A stretch of DNA of 64,000 nt from an uncultured Gammaproteobacteria bacterium. Its GTDB lineage: Bacteria > Patescibacteriota > Microgenomatia > Levybacterales > GWA1-39-11. A program made the position numbers and the translations under genes. Positions 39,650-49,799 of the stretch are shown here, one piece after another; within the stretch, counting starts at the first letter, position 1, and every line of letters starts with the position of its first letter. The notes under the pieces were generated by a model. It did no database searches. It was not told where the DNA came from and was given only the letters and a program-made list of their open reading frames with translations. The stretch lies in the NCBI GenBank assembly GCA_964394645.1, contig CAYMYC010000001.1, forward strand, positions 47,241 through 111,240. Reading direction: 5' to 3'.

Positions 39650-40861
39650 TTATTCATATCGAAGAGCATCAATCGGAGATAATTTTGCTGCACGCCTTGC
39701 GGGATATAGCCCAAAAACTACTCCAACGAGGGTTGAAACTCCAACAGCAATTAATATAGCAGGTGCGCTTACAATAAATGGAATATGAAAAGCTACCGAT
39801 GCAAGAAATGCTCCCAAAATACCTAAGATAATTCCAATTAGACCACCAATGAGAGTCATTACTATTGCCTCAACTAAAAATTGTGTTAGTATGTCCTTTT
39901 CTTTTGCGCCTATGGCTTTAAGAAGTCCTATTTCTTTTGTGCGTTCAGTTACTGATACTAACATTATATTCATTACGCCTACTCCTCCGACAATAAGTGA
40001 AATACCAGATATTCCGGCAATCATTAGCGCAAGTAAGCCTGTTATGGTTTGGACAGTATCTAAAATATCTTGTGCACTTGCAATTCTAAAATCATTCTCG
40101 TCATTTTCGTCAAGATTATGCCTATCGCGTAGAAGCTGTTCAACATCATCTATTGTTTGATTGATGCTGTCCTGATCATACACGCTTACATCAATTTCTT
40201 GAATTTGTTCTCGTCCTAATATATCTTTTGTAACAAAGTTGATTGGAATAAAAAGTGAATTATTTATAAACCCCCCAGCAAGCGCACTTGATGATTCCAT
40301 TACGCCAACGACACGAAAAGACTTATTTTTTATTTTAATCACTTCGCCTACAGGAGACGTATCCTTGCCAAAAAATGTTTCTGCTGCATCAATTCCTATA
40401 ACTGCGACCCTATCTGAAGATGAGACTTCATCGGGCGTAATAAAATCTCCATCAACTATTTCAGGGCGCAGTATGGTTTGAGATTCAGAAGTACTCCCAT
40501 ATACTAAAAGTTCTTTCTCTTCCCCATTTGCTGATACCGGAACGGAAGCCATAGCAATTGGTACAACCTCTTTTACATTCGTTAAGGAGGTATCTTCTCG
40601 GATTGCATCAACATCTTCTATGCTTAACGCATCTGAACCTGCAAAAGTACTTACCTGACTTGACCCAGGATTGATCTGAAAATAATCGGTTCCAAAGGAA
40701 GCAAGTTCATTTGTAATAAAAGCGACTGCCCCTTGTCCAACTGAGTAGATAAGAATAACCGCAGTGATTCCTATAATTATGCCAAGCATGGTAAGAGAGG
40801 TTCTAAGTACGTTTCTTCTTAGTGACTGGAGCGCTGATTTTACTATTTCCCTGTATTCCAT
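39650..40861 (-). CDS. MacB/FtsX-like ABC transporter permease
   Basis: RTSLTMLGIIIG, VGGVGVMNIMLVSVTERTKEIG, GLYPARRAAKLSPIDALRYE. Confidence 0.95.
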   Translation of the reverse strand: MEYREIVKSALQSLRRNVLRTSLTMLGIIIGITAVILIYSVGQGAVAFITNELASFGTDYFQINPGSSQVSTFAGSDALSIEDVDAIREDTSLTNVKEVVPIAMASVPVSANGEEKELLVYGSTSESQTILRPEIVDGDFITPDEVSSSDRVAVIGIDAAETFFGKDTSPVGEVIKIKNKSFRVVGVMESSSALAGGFINNSLFIPINFVTKDILGREQIQEIDVSVYDQDSINQTIDDVEQLLRDRHNLDENDENDFRIASAQDILDTVQTITGLLALMIAGISGISLIVGGVGVMNIMLVSVTERTKEIGLLKAIGAKEKDILTQFLVEAIVMTLIGGLIGIILGILGAFLASVAFHIPFIVSAPAILIAVGVSTLVGVVFGLYPARRAAKLSPIDALRYE

Positions 40862-40863
40862 AA

Positions 40864-41559
40864 TTAACGTTTTGTGTCAGATATAATTTTTCCGTCTTTT
40901 AGTCTAATAACACGTTTTGCATACTCAGCTATATCATCTTCATGAGTTATTAATATTATGGTATGCCCTTTTTTATTAAGTTTTGTGAGAAAATCCATAA
41001 TTTCATGTGCAGTTTTACTGTCCAGGTTTCCTGTAGGCTCATCTGCAAGTATAATTGAGGGATTCATGACTATGGCTCGGGCAATTGCAACTCTTTGAAT
41101 TTGACCACCAGAGATTTGGTTTGTAAGGTTTTCGGATTTATCTGCAATTTTGACTAGTGTTAAGGCGTCAATTGCGCGTCTAGTGCGTTCTTTTTGATTT
41201 ATACCACCATACATCATAGGTCGTTCAACGTTTTTAAGAACAGTAGTTCTGGGGAGAAGATTAAAACTTTGAAACACAAATCCAATTTCTTTATTTCTAA
41301 TTTCAGCAAGTTGATCATCTGTATAGCTTGATATGTTTTTCCCATTTAGAGTATACGTGCCGCTGCTAGGAGTATCTAGTGCACCTAAAATGTGCATGGT
41401 TGTAGATTTTCCAGATCCTGATGGTCCCATGATGGCTACAAACTCACCTTTATTTATAGTGAGACTGATCCCATTTAACGCCTGATAATAGTCACCATCT
41501 CCTAGAGGATATTTTTTCGTAATTTTATCAAGTAGTATAAGTGGTGTATTTTGTGGCAT
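40864..41559 (-). CDS. MacB/LolD-type ABC ATP-binding protein
   Basis: GPSGSGKST, IGFVFQSFNL, ISGGQIQR, ILADEPTGNLD. Start placed at the ATG at 41559. Confidence 0.95.
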   Translation of the reverse strand: MPQNTPLILLDKITKKYPLGDGDYYQALNGISLTINKGEFVAIMGPSGSGKSTTMHILGALDTPSSGTYTLNGKNISSYTDDQLAEIRNKEIGFVFQSFNLLPRTTVLKNVERPMMYGGINQKERTRRAIDALTLVKIADKSENLTNQISGGQIQRVAIARAIVMNPSIILADEPTGNLDSKTAHEIMDFLTKLNKKGHTIILITHEDDIAEYAKRVIRLKDGKIISDTKR

Positions 41560-41572
41560 GACATTGTTATTT

Positions 41573-42808
41573 TTAAAATAGTCCCTGTCTTTTAAGAGCC
41601 TCATTTGATAGGGAAACAATCACGGTATCTCCCTCTTTTATACCGCTTAAGATTTCTGTTTTTGATTCTCCCCGAATTCCAATTTTCACGGGTTTATATA
41701 TTACGTCTTTTTTATTTTTTCCAGGAATTCGTACAGCTCTTCCGCCTTTGTATAGCTTGATTGCGCTATTTGGGGCAGATAGGACATTTGTTACAGTTTT
41801 TGAGGTTATGGTAACGTCTGCGTCCATGCCTGATCGTAAATTTTCGTCTGGATTTAAAATCTGTATATAAATATTGTACTTGATTACGCCAAGGTTATTT
41901 GTTCCTACAGAATCAACGCGGGAGACAATTCCTTTGTATATTTTTTTATTTGTAGCAGAGATGCTGATTTCCGCTTTTTGCCCTTCCTTTAATTTTGAGA
42001 TATCGCTTTCTCCAGTTTGAATTACTACTTCAGGATTTATAAAATTTGCAAGCGTTAGAACCGGTTGTATTTGTTGTGTTGGAGAATGTACTGCAACTGT
42101 TTTACCGGGAGCGACTGAAAGATTTGATACCGTACCATCTGCGGGAGACTTAACAGTTGCGTTTTGTGTCGCGTTATAAGAAAGATTTGCGCTTCCTAAA
42201 GCAGCTTTCGCCTGGTTTACAACAGCTTGTTGGTTTTTATACTGTGCTTCTGCTGCAAGCCAGTCGTTTTGAGCAGTCGTAAACTCAGGTAAGACACGTT
42301 CGGATGTTTTCGGACTTCCATCAGAATTTTGATATTTAGAATTTGTGGCAAGCTCATAATAAGTGTCCCATGCTGCATCTTTTGCGGATTGAAGCGAATA
42401 CATTGTTGCATTAGCAGTACCCAATGCGCTTTGTGCCTGGAGAAGACTTGTTAGTGCGTTTGCCTTTTCTTGTTCTGACGCGCTACTTTTAACGGTAAAT
42501 AGTTCATCATTTTCTTTTACATCTTCACCATTTTTAACAAAAATTTTTTCAATTGTGCCATTTGTAGGAGAGTATACGTCAACTCTTCCAGACACTTCTA
42601 TCTGTCCAGTTTCTGTTATCTGTTCACTTATTGTACTCCTTATGATTTTTGCAGCTGTATAATCAGGTTTTTGGGTTAGAGTAGATAGGACATTTGAGAC
42701 TACAATTATGCTAATTATGATGAATACAACCACCAATAACCTTTTTTTAAAAGATAGGCAGAAAAACCAATTTTTAAATTTAATAAATGGTTTTTTTATT
42801 GTGTTCAT
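41573..42808 (-). CDS. MacA/HlyD-family adaptor subunit
   Basis: TM, VYSPTNGTIEKIFVKNG, KSPADGTV, LRSGMDADV. Confidence 0.9.
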   Translation of the reverse strand: MNTIKKPFIKFKNWFFCLSFKKRLLVVVFIIISIIVVSNVLSTLTQKPDYTAAKIIRSTISEQITETGQIEVSGRVDVYSPTNGTIEKIFVKNGEDVKENDELFTVKSSASEQEKANALTSLLQAQSALGTANATMYSLQSAKDAAWDTYYELATNSKYQNSDGSPKTSERVLPEFTTAQNDWLAAEAQYKNQQAVVNQAKAALGSANLSYNATQNATVKSPADGTVSNLSVAPGKTVAVHSPTQQIQPVLTLANFINPEVVIQTGESDISKLKEGQKAEISISATNKKIYKGIVSRVDSVGTNNLGVIKYNIYIQILNPDENLRSGMDADVTITSKTVTNVLSAPNSAIKLYKGGRAVRIPGKNKKDVIYKPVKIGIRGESKTEILSGIKEGDTVIVSLSNEALKRQGLF

Positions 42809-42916
42809 AAGTTCATTTTGAGTATATAGTGTATATGATTCGCAGCATAAATTCTAGCAAAAAAAGTGAGTAAGTCAGTGACGTACATCAATGAGCCTCA
42901 TTTTTTAGGTTTGGGG

Positions 42917-42990
42917 TTGTCAAATAAGGGAAATGGTGTATAATAATAAGAACAAATAAGCAAAAGAGGTGGGAAGTTCCCACCTTTTTT
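42917..42990 (+). promoter_or_regulatory. nusA promoter and terminator-like leader hairpin
   Basis: TTGTCA, 16 nt spacer, TATAAT (42939-42944); AGGTGGGA-AGT-TCCCACCT followed by a T-tract (42967-42990), 13 nt before the ATG. Confidence 0.7.
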
Positions 42991-43003
42991 AAAATAAAAA
43001 CAT

Positions 43004-44077
43004 ATGGCAGTCTTACAAAGATCAGAATTTGCATTAGCATTAAACCAAATAGCATCCGAGAGAGGAGTGGACGCATCTGTTATTTTAGAGACAATGCGCT
43101 CTGCAATACTTGCTGCTTACCGTAAAGATAATCCATCTGAAGAGGAGGACACTGCATATGTTATAGACCTAAATGAGAATACAGGTGAGACGCGTATTTT
43201 AAAGGACGGAAAAGATATAACTCCTCCGGGTTTTGGGCGAATTGCAGCTCAAACTGCAAAGCAGGTGTTACTTCAAAAAATAAGAGAACGTGAAAAAGAC
43301 GCGATAATTGATGAATATTCAAAGCGAATAGGTACTGTGGTCAATGGCATGATCCTTCGTTTTGCCGGACCAAATATTATTGTGGATATCGGTAAAGCTG
43401 AGGCTATTTTGCCTGCTAATCAAAGAATTCCAAACGAACAATACTTTCTAAATAAAAAAATGCCTGTATATATTATGGAGATTTCTGAAGAAAAAGGGAG
43501 AGAGGTATTGGTTTCAAGAGCTCACAATGGACTTATTGAAGGACTGTTAAAAAGAGAGGTTCCTGAGGTTGCAGCTGGAAGCGTTGTGATAGACAAAATA
43601 GTAAGAGAGCCAGGTTCTCGAGCAAAAATAGCTGTTTCATCTAAGCAATCAGGGGTGGATCCTGTGGGATCCTGTGTAGGTCAAAAGGGAGTACGGATAC
43701 AATCTGTTATAGATGCGTTAGATGGGTTAGAAAAAATAGATGTTATTCAGGGGAGCTCTGATCCTGCAAAATTTATTGCAAACGCTTTGTCTCCGGCGAA
43801 GGAACTTGCAGTTGAAGTGAATGAAAAAGAGAAAATTGCATACGTTTCTGCACCAAAAGAAGAATTACCTTTAATAATTGGTCGTGATGGGCAAAACGTA
43901 CGACTTGCATCAAAACTTGCGGGTTATAATATAGAAGTGAAAGATGTCTCACCAGTAGTAGATGATTTGGATACATTAGTGGATGAACCATCTCAAGAAG
44001 CTGAAAAATTAGAATCAGAAGAAAATTCCCCACCCATTGCTACCTCACAGGAAGAAAAAACAGAAGAAACTGCATAG
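43004..44077 (+). CDS. nusA: Transcription termination/antitermination factor NusA
   Basis: FGRIAAQTAKQV, REVPEV, REPGSRAKIAV, DPVGSCVG, IGRDGQNVRLASKL. Confidence 0.98.
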   Translation: MAVLQRSEFALALNQIASERGVDASVILETMRSAILAAYRKDNPSEEEDTAYVIDLNENTGETRILKDGKDITPPGFGRIAAQTAKQVLLQKIREREKDAIIDEYSKRIGTVVNGMILRFAGPNIIVDIGKAEAILPANQRIPNEQYFLNKKMPVYIMEISEEKGREVLVSRAHNGLIEGLLKREVPEVAAGSVVIDKIVREPGSRAKIAVSSKQSGVDPVGSCVGQKGVRIQSVIDALDGLEKIDVIQGSSDPAKFIANALSPAKELAVEVNEKEKIAYVSAPKEELPLIIGRDGQNVRLASKLAGYNIEVKDVSPVVDDLDTLVDEPSQEAEKLESEENSPPIATSQEEKTEETA

Positions 44078-44189
44078 CTGTATATCTTCAATTTAAATTT
44101 ACAATACTCACTATATAATTTATATATTGAATACTTAAACGATAACTAAGGTATTGTAAATGAAAATTTACAAGAAATAAAAACGCATT

Positions 44190-45671
44190 ATGGATACAAA
44201 AAAAATAAACTCAAACAATATTTCCGCTCATTTTCCTCCTGTCGTTTCAGTGTTGGGACATGTTGACCATGGAAAGACCTCACTTTTAGATGCAATAAGA
44301 AAGTCAGATATAGCAACCCGCGAACATGGGGGAATAACTCAACGAATAGGAACCTCTGAAATAGAAATTGACCATGAAGGGAAAAAAAGAGCAATAACCT
44401 TTATTGATACGCCTGGTCATGAAGCATTTTTTACAATGCGCGCCCAAGGTGTAAGTGCTTCTGATATCGCACTTCTTGTGGTGGCAGCGGATGATGGCAT
44501 AAAGCCACAGACTAAAGAGTCAATTGAGAAAATTCTTGAAGCAAAAATCCCATTCATTGTGGTTATTACAAAAATAGATCTTGAAACTGCTCAAATAGAA
44601 AAAGCAAAGCAAATGATATTGGGAGAGGGGATTTTGTTAGAAGGGTTAGGTGGAGAAACCCCCTATATAGGTGTATCCTCAAAAACCGGTGAACATGTAA
44701 AGGATCTTTTAGACCTCATACTTCTCGTGTATGATCTTTCACATACGGAAAAAGATGCTGATGCTCCATTCATGGGGGTTGTTATTGATTCTAAGTTAGA
44801 TAAAAAAAGAGGAGCAGTCTCAACGATAATTGTAAAACAGGGTACGTTGAATTCTTCCTCAAAACTATACGCAAGCGGAAAGGAGTTTGGGAAGGTAAGA
44901 GCATTATTTGCCTCAGATGGAAAGTTGGTAAAAGAAGCATTGCCTGGGCATGGAGTTGAAATATTAGGACTAACAACTGTTATTCAGACAGGCACACTAT
45001 TATTTGACCTGCCACAACAAGAAAAAATAGAAAATATAAATCCTGATTCAAAATCTCAATTTTCATCACAAGACCTGAGAAGCTTCTTTGATGAGCAAGA
45101 CAAAGAGACAATTTCTATTATTTTAAAAGTAGATACAACTGGTGAGATGGATGCTGTAAAAAGTTCTTTACCGAAAGACGTTGCAATATTTGCAGAGGGT
45201 CAAGGAGAGATTACTATTGCAGATATTTTACTTGCTAAAGATTTAAAAGCGATAGTTATAGGATTTAACGTTGGAATTACAAAAGAGGCAAAAAGTCTGG
45301 CCGATTCGGAAGGAGTATTCTATAAGGAATACACAATTATATACAAATTATTAGATGAGCTAGTTGATTTAGCTCATGGGCTAGGACAAGAGGAAGAGGT
45401 TAAGATTAGAGGTAAGGCTGATATACTAGCTTCATTTCCGACACAAGAAGGAAGAATTTTAGGGGTAAAGGTAGTAGAGGGAAGACTTGCCCTGCAGGAT
45501 CCTATTATTATTACCAGAAAAGATATAGAAGTGGGTCGTTCCAAGATTATTCTTCTGAAGCGTGGTAAAGCTGAGGTGAAGGAAGTTGCAAGGGGTCTTG
45601 AGTGTGGTGTAACTATAAGTCCATTTGTTGACTTTGAAGTGGGGGATGTGCTATTATCCCATAGCAAATAA
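44190..45671 (+). CDS. infB: Translation initiation factor IF-2 (lacks N-terminal domain)
   Basis: PPVVSVLGHVDHGKT, GGITQ, DTPGHEAF, TKID; follows nusA. Confidence 0.96.
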   Translation: MDTKKINSNNISAHFPPVVSVLGHVDHGKTSLLDAIRKSDIATREHGGITQRIGTSEIEIDHEGKKRAITFIDTPGHEAFFTMRAQGVSASDIALLVVAADDGIKPQTKESIEKILEAKIPFIVVITKIDLETAQIEKAKQMILGEGILLEGLGGETPYIGVSSKTGEHVKDLLDLILLVYDLSHTEKDADAPFMGVVIDSKLDKKRGAVSTIIVKQGTLNSSSKLYASGKEFGKVRALFASDGKLVKEALPGHGVEILGLTTVIQTGTLLFDLPQQEKIENINPDSKSQFSSQDLRSFFDEQDKETISIILKVDTTGEMDAVKSSLPKDVAIFAEGQGEITIADILLAKDLKAIVIGFNVGITKEAKSLADSEGVFYKEYTIIYKLLDELVDLAHGLGQEEEVKIRGKADILASFPTQEGRILGVKVVEGRLALQDPIIITRKDIEVGRSKIILLKRGKAEVKEVARGLECGVTISPFVDFEVGDVLLSHSK

Positions 45672-45713
45672 GAATTCTTCATTACGAGCCTAAATAAGGC
45701 AAAGAAGACAGAT

Positions 45714-46805
45714 ATGGACAATTTTAATAAAATAAAAAGTGAATTAACTCAACTGATTTCAGAGAGCTCTGGCATTGGTATTATCGTATCAAGCAACCAG
45801 ACAGTAGATGTGCTAGCTGCAGCTATCTCATTACACCTTATCCTTCAAGATTCTGGAAAAAATTCTCAAATAGCTTCTCAGAAAAACCCAACAGTTGAAC
45901 ACTCATTTCTAGTCGGAATTGATCAGTTAAAAAATAACTTTTCTGGGTTGACTCGCATGCTTACCGTTTCTTTTCCCTATCATGATGGAGACATAGAAAA
46001 GGTATCATATAATATTGAAGGCGATAGACTTAATGTGAACTTATTTGCAGAGGAGCAAGGCATCGGGTTTACGGAAAAGGACATAAGATACATAAAGCAA
46101 GGGTCTTCCCCTAATTTAATAATTACCGTAGGTATACTTCAGGCATCTGAGATAGAATATTTAGTTGGACAAGGAGCTAAAATTATTAATATTGATAATT
46201 CAGTAAGTAATTTGATGTTTGGACAGGTAAACATAGTTGATGTGTCTTATTCTTCGCTTTCAGAGTTGGTAGCAAAAATTGCAAACGAACTACAATTTGT
46301 CATTGAATTTGATGTTGCCCAAAACCTGCTAGATGGAATTGCAAGTGCAACAAATAATTTTATGTCTCCTAAAACGTCTCCATTAGCGTTTGAAATGGCG
46401 GGATTTTTAATGCAAAAAGGAGCAATTCGGAAAGATACGAAAGAGGTGCAAACACATAAAGACGAATCCCTCGAAATGTTGGGTAAAAAAACAAATAATA
46501 TAGTTAGGCAAATTCCCAGAAGTGAAGAATTTAATAAGTCAATCCGTTCTACACCTCAAGACAGGCAAATTGATGGAATGAAAAACATGGCACAAGAAGA
46601 ATTTGGAAATGAAGAAGTATCAAGTCAAATAAATTCTCCAAAGAGGCAAACCATGCCATCTTCAATTCATCCGAGTGTTCCAAATCCAGAACCGTTTACT
46701 CTAGATGAAAATACGTCTGTATTAGAAAATATACCATCAGAGGATGAAGCACCATCTGATTGGTTTACTCCCAAAGTCTTTAAATCTACGAAAAGCAATA
46801 ACTAA
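45714..46805 (+). CDS. Degenerate DHH-family (NrnA-like) protein
   Basis: Position after infB; IINIDNS where DHH is expected; SSLSELV, AQNLLDGIASATNNF; disordered C-terminal tail. Confidence 0.7.
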   Translation: MDNFNKIKSELTQLISESSGIGIIVSSNQTVDVLAAAISLHLILQDSGKNSQIASQKNPTVEHSFLVGIDQLKNNFSGLTRMLTVSFPYHDGDIEKVSYNIEGDRLNVNLFAEEQGIGFTEKDIRYIKQGSSPNLIITVGILQASEIEYLVGQGAKIINIDNSVSNLMFGQVNIVDVSYSSLSELVAKIANELQFVIEFDVAQNLLDGIASATNNFMSPKTSPLAFEMAGFLMQKGAIRKDTKEVQTHKDESLEMLGKKTNNIVRQIPRSEEFNKSIRSTPQDRQIDGMKNMAQEEFGNEEVSSQINSPKRQTMPSSIHPSVPNPEPFTLDENTSVLENIPSEDEAPSDWFTPKVFKSTKSNN

Positions 46806-46890
46806 CGTGCTGGCTGTATAATTTTTACAAAAATGCTTTAAGAATATTCTAGAAGCAGAATAAAGGTAAGCAGTAGGTAAAAGATAATTA

Positions 46891-46919
46891 TTGAATTAAC
46901 GTAGATTACCTGGTATAAT
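46891..46919 (+). promoter_or_regulatory. rpsO promoter
   Basis: TTGAAT, 17 nt spacer, TATAAT with extended TG. Confidence 0.7.
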
Positions 46920-46992
46920 ACATTATATATCAATTTAAAGAAGGAAGATTCTAGGCAATCACTCCTAAATTGGCCTCGAATAATTTAGAACA

Positions 46993-47259
46993 ATGGCATT
47001 ATCAACTGACGAAAAGAAAAAAATTATTGGTGACCACGCAGTGGTTGATGGAGATACTGGAAGTCCTGAGGTTCAGATAGCACTTCTTTCACATAAAATA
47101 GAGAAGCTTGCTGAACATTTAAAAATCCACCAAAAAGATTCTCATAGTAGGCGTGGACTTTTGAATATGCTTTCTAAAAGACGCAGATTGTTTAACTTTT
47201 TGACTAAAATGGACAAAGAGAGATCATCAGGTATTGGTCAAAAATTTGGTCTTTCATAA
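46993..47259 (+). CDS. rpsO: 30S ribosomal protein S15
   Basis: DTGSPEVQIALL, HLKIHQKDSHSRRGLL. Confidence 0.98.
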   Translation: MALSTDEKKKIIGDHAVVDGDTGSPEVQIALLSHKIEKLAEHLKIHQKDSHSRRGLLNMLSKRRRLFNFLTKMDKERSSGIGQKFGLS

Positions 47260-47309
47260 TTACCTCAAGAGAGTAATAATATAAACCACGAATAATTGAC
47301 GATAAAAAA

Positions 47310-49649
47310 ATGAAAAAATTTAAAAAATCTTTTGACATAAACGGTAGAACTATTACTTTAGAAACTGGACTTCTTGCAGAGCAGACGACAGCAGCTGTCT
47401 TAGGGCGCATGGGTGATACTATGGTTTTAACTACTGTTGTAATGGGGGCAAACGATACTACTTTAGACTATTTTCCATTAAGCGTTGAATATGTTGAGAG
47501 ACTTTACGCAGGCGGTCGTATAAAGGGAAGCCGTTGGGTAAAGCGTGAAGGTCGTCCTTCTGATGATGCAATACTTACAGCACGCCTTATTGACCGCTCA
47601 ATTCGTCCTTTGTTTCCTAAAGAATTAAAAAAGGACGTTCAGGTTGTAATAACAGTTTTATCAGTCGATGGTGAACATGATCCAGATGTTCTTTCTGCAA
47701 TTACTACCTCAGCAGCTCTTTCTGTCTCAAAGATTCCGTGGAACGGTCCTATCGGTACATCTCGAGTAGGTCTGATTCGTCAAAATGGAAATGAGGAATT
47801 AGTTATAAATCCACATGTTACAGAATATCCATTTGCGGATATGGATTTGATTGTTTCATCTCTGAATAACCGTTCCATTATGATAGAGGCAGGCGCAAAA
47901 CAGGTTGAGGAGAAATATTTTATTGATGGTATTAAAAAAGCAAAAGAAGCAAATGCGAAAATCATAGATTTTATTAATGAAATGGTTGCAGAGATAGGCG
48001 ATAAGAAAGTAGAACTTTCAAGGGATGAAAAATTGGAAGAAGTGAAGTTGCTTGTTGAAAAATCATACAAAGACAAAATGCACAAGCTTATCGCAGATGG
48101 AGTTACTCGTGAAGTAGGCGGGGAATTAGGAAAAATCGCTGAAGAAATTTATGAAGCTGAAAAAGCTAAGGCTGATAAAGATGGAGAAGCAATGGAGCTT
48201 GATAAGAAAAAGATTGCAACAGGTGTAGATTATGTATTTAAAAAAACAGTTCGGGAAATGATCGTACGTGAAGGAAAACGTCCGGATGGACGTGGGCTTA
48301 AAGAGATTAGAAAAATTTCAGCAGAGGTTGGCATTTTGCCAAGAACACATGGTTCAGCAGTCTTTACGAGAGGAGAAACTCAAGTTTTGTCGGTTGCAAC
48401 ATTAGGGTCATCGTCTATGGAGCAATTGCTTGAAGGACCTGAAGGTGAAGAAAAAAAGCGTTACATGCATCATTACTCTTTTCCGCCATACTCAGTAGGT
48501 GAGACAGGACGTATGGGGAGTCCCAATAGACGAGAAATAGGACATGGAGCTCTTGCGGAACGCGCCTTAGAAGCGGTTCTCCCTGAATCAACAGTATTTC
48601 CTTATGCAGTCCGTGTTGTGTCAGAAGTTATGAGCTCAAACGGCTCTACTTCTCAAGCTTCAGTATGTGGTTCCACATTAGCGCTTATGGATGCAGGAGT
48701 GCCTTTGCTGGCGCCAGTTGGAGGGATTGCAATTGGGTTGATGACTTTGGATGATAAGTCTATAGTTCTTACAGACATTATTGGTCTTGAGGATTTTGCA
48801 GGAGACATGGATTTTAAAGTTGCTGGAACTGCAAAAGGAATTACTGCAATCCAAATGGATACAAAAATTGCTGGTCTTACAGATGAAGTGGTTGAGGAGA
48901 CGTTGGAAGACGCGAAAAACGCAAGAACTTCTGTGCTTGAATCAATGATGAGCGTAATGCCTGAAGCAAGAAAAGATGTTTCTAAGTATGCACCAAAAAT
49001 TAAAACTATTAAAATTAATCCAGAAAAGATCGGAGAAGTTATTGGTTCAGGAGGGAAAACTATACGAAATATTTCAGCATCAACAGGCGCTACTGTAGAT
49101 GTTGAAGAGGATGGAACAGTATCAGTTGCTGCAGTAGACGAAGAGGCAGTTGAGAAAGCGGCGCATTGGATTGATCTTATAACTAGAGAGCTTACCCCTG
49201 GAGAAGTTTTTGACGGAACGGTAAAGAGAGTGGTTGGATTTGGTGCTTTTGTAGAAATTGTTCCAGGTAAAGAAGGTCTTGTGCATGTCTCTGAAATGTC
49301 TCCAGAATATGTAGCGGATCCAAATGATGTAGTAAAGCTTGGTCAGGCAGTGAAAGTTAGAGTGAAGGAAGTTGATGAGCATGGAAGGATTAATCTTTCA
49401 ATGCTTTTTGGAGAAGATGCTGAAAAAGCTAAGGAAGCGGGAAAGAAAGAAGATGGACGAAGCGGAGATAGAGGTCCACGAGATGACAAGCCTAGATTTG
49501 AGAGTCGTGAAAGGCGTAGTTTTGGACACGGTGGGGCGGGAAGACGCCCAAGTAGTAGAGGTCCACGCTCTGATGCGGGCTCACAAGGTGGAGGAATTAG
49601 AAATGAATTTGGAAGTACATATTCCGGCACGCGTCGCCCACGAAGATAA
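47310..49649 (+). CDS. pnp: Polyribonucleotide nucleotidyltransferase
   Basis: RLIDRSIRPLF, HGSAVFTRGETQ, RREIGHG, SNGSTSQAS, GDMDFKVAG, KH and S1 domains, RG-rich tail. Confidence 0.98.
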   Translation: MKKFKKSFDINGRTITLETGLLAEQTTAAVLGRMGDTMVLTTVVMGANDTTLDYFPLSVEYVERLYAGGRIKGSRWVKREGRPSDDAILTARLIDRSIRPLFPKELKKDVQVVITVLSVDGEHDPDVLSAITTSAALSVSKIPWNGPIGTSRVGLIRQNGNEELVINPHVTEYPFADMDLIVSSLNNRSIMIEAGAKQVEEKYFIDGIKKAKEANAKIIDFINEMVAEIGDKKVELSRDEKLEEVKLLVEKSYKDKMHKLIADGVTREVGGELGKIAEEIYEAEKAKADKDGEAMELDKKKIATGVDYVFKKTVREMIVREGKRPDGRGLKEIRKISAEVGILPRTHGSAVFTRGETQVLSVATLGSSSMEQLLEGPEGEEKKRYMHHYSFPPYSVGETGRMGSPNRREIGHGALAERALEAVLPESTVFPYAVRVVSEVMSSNGSTSQASVCGSTLALMDAGVPLLAPVGGIAIGLMTLDDKSIVLTDIIGLEDFAGDMDFKVAGTAKGITAIQMDTKIAGLTDEVVEETLEDAKNARTSVLESMMSVMPEARKDVSKYAPKIKTIKINPEKIGEVIGSGGKTIRNISASTGATVDVEEDGTVSVAAVDEEAVEKAAHWIDLITRELTPGEVFDGTVKRVVGFGAFVEIVPGKEGLVHVSEMSPEYVADPNDVVKLGQAVKVRVKEVDEHGRINLSMLFGEDAEKAKEAGKKEDGRSGDRGPRDDKPRFESRERRSFGHGGAGRRPSSRGPRSDAGSQGGGIRNEFGSTYSGTRRPRR

Positions 49650-49799
49650 AGATTAACATCTACTAAGTTATAATCGTTGGATTACTCTGAACAGTTGTCC
49701 CTCAATCTGGCTATGCAAAGGGCAATAAGTATAGTTTAGTTCCAATAAGTCTTTTTCACTTTCCATGACAATATATTCTATTCTTGCTATACTAATTCT

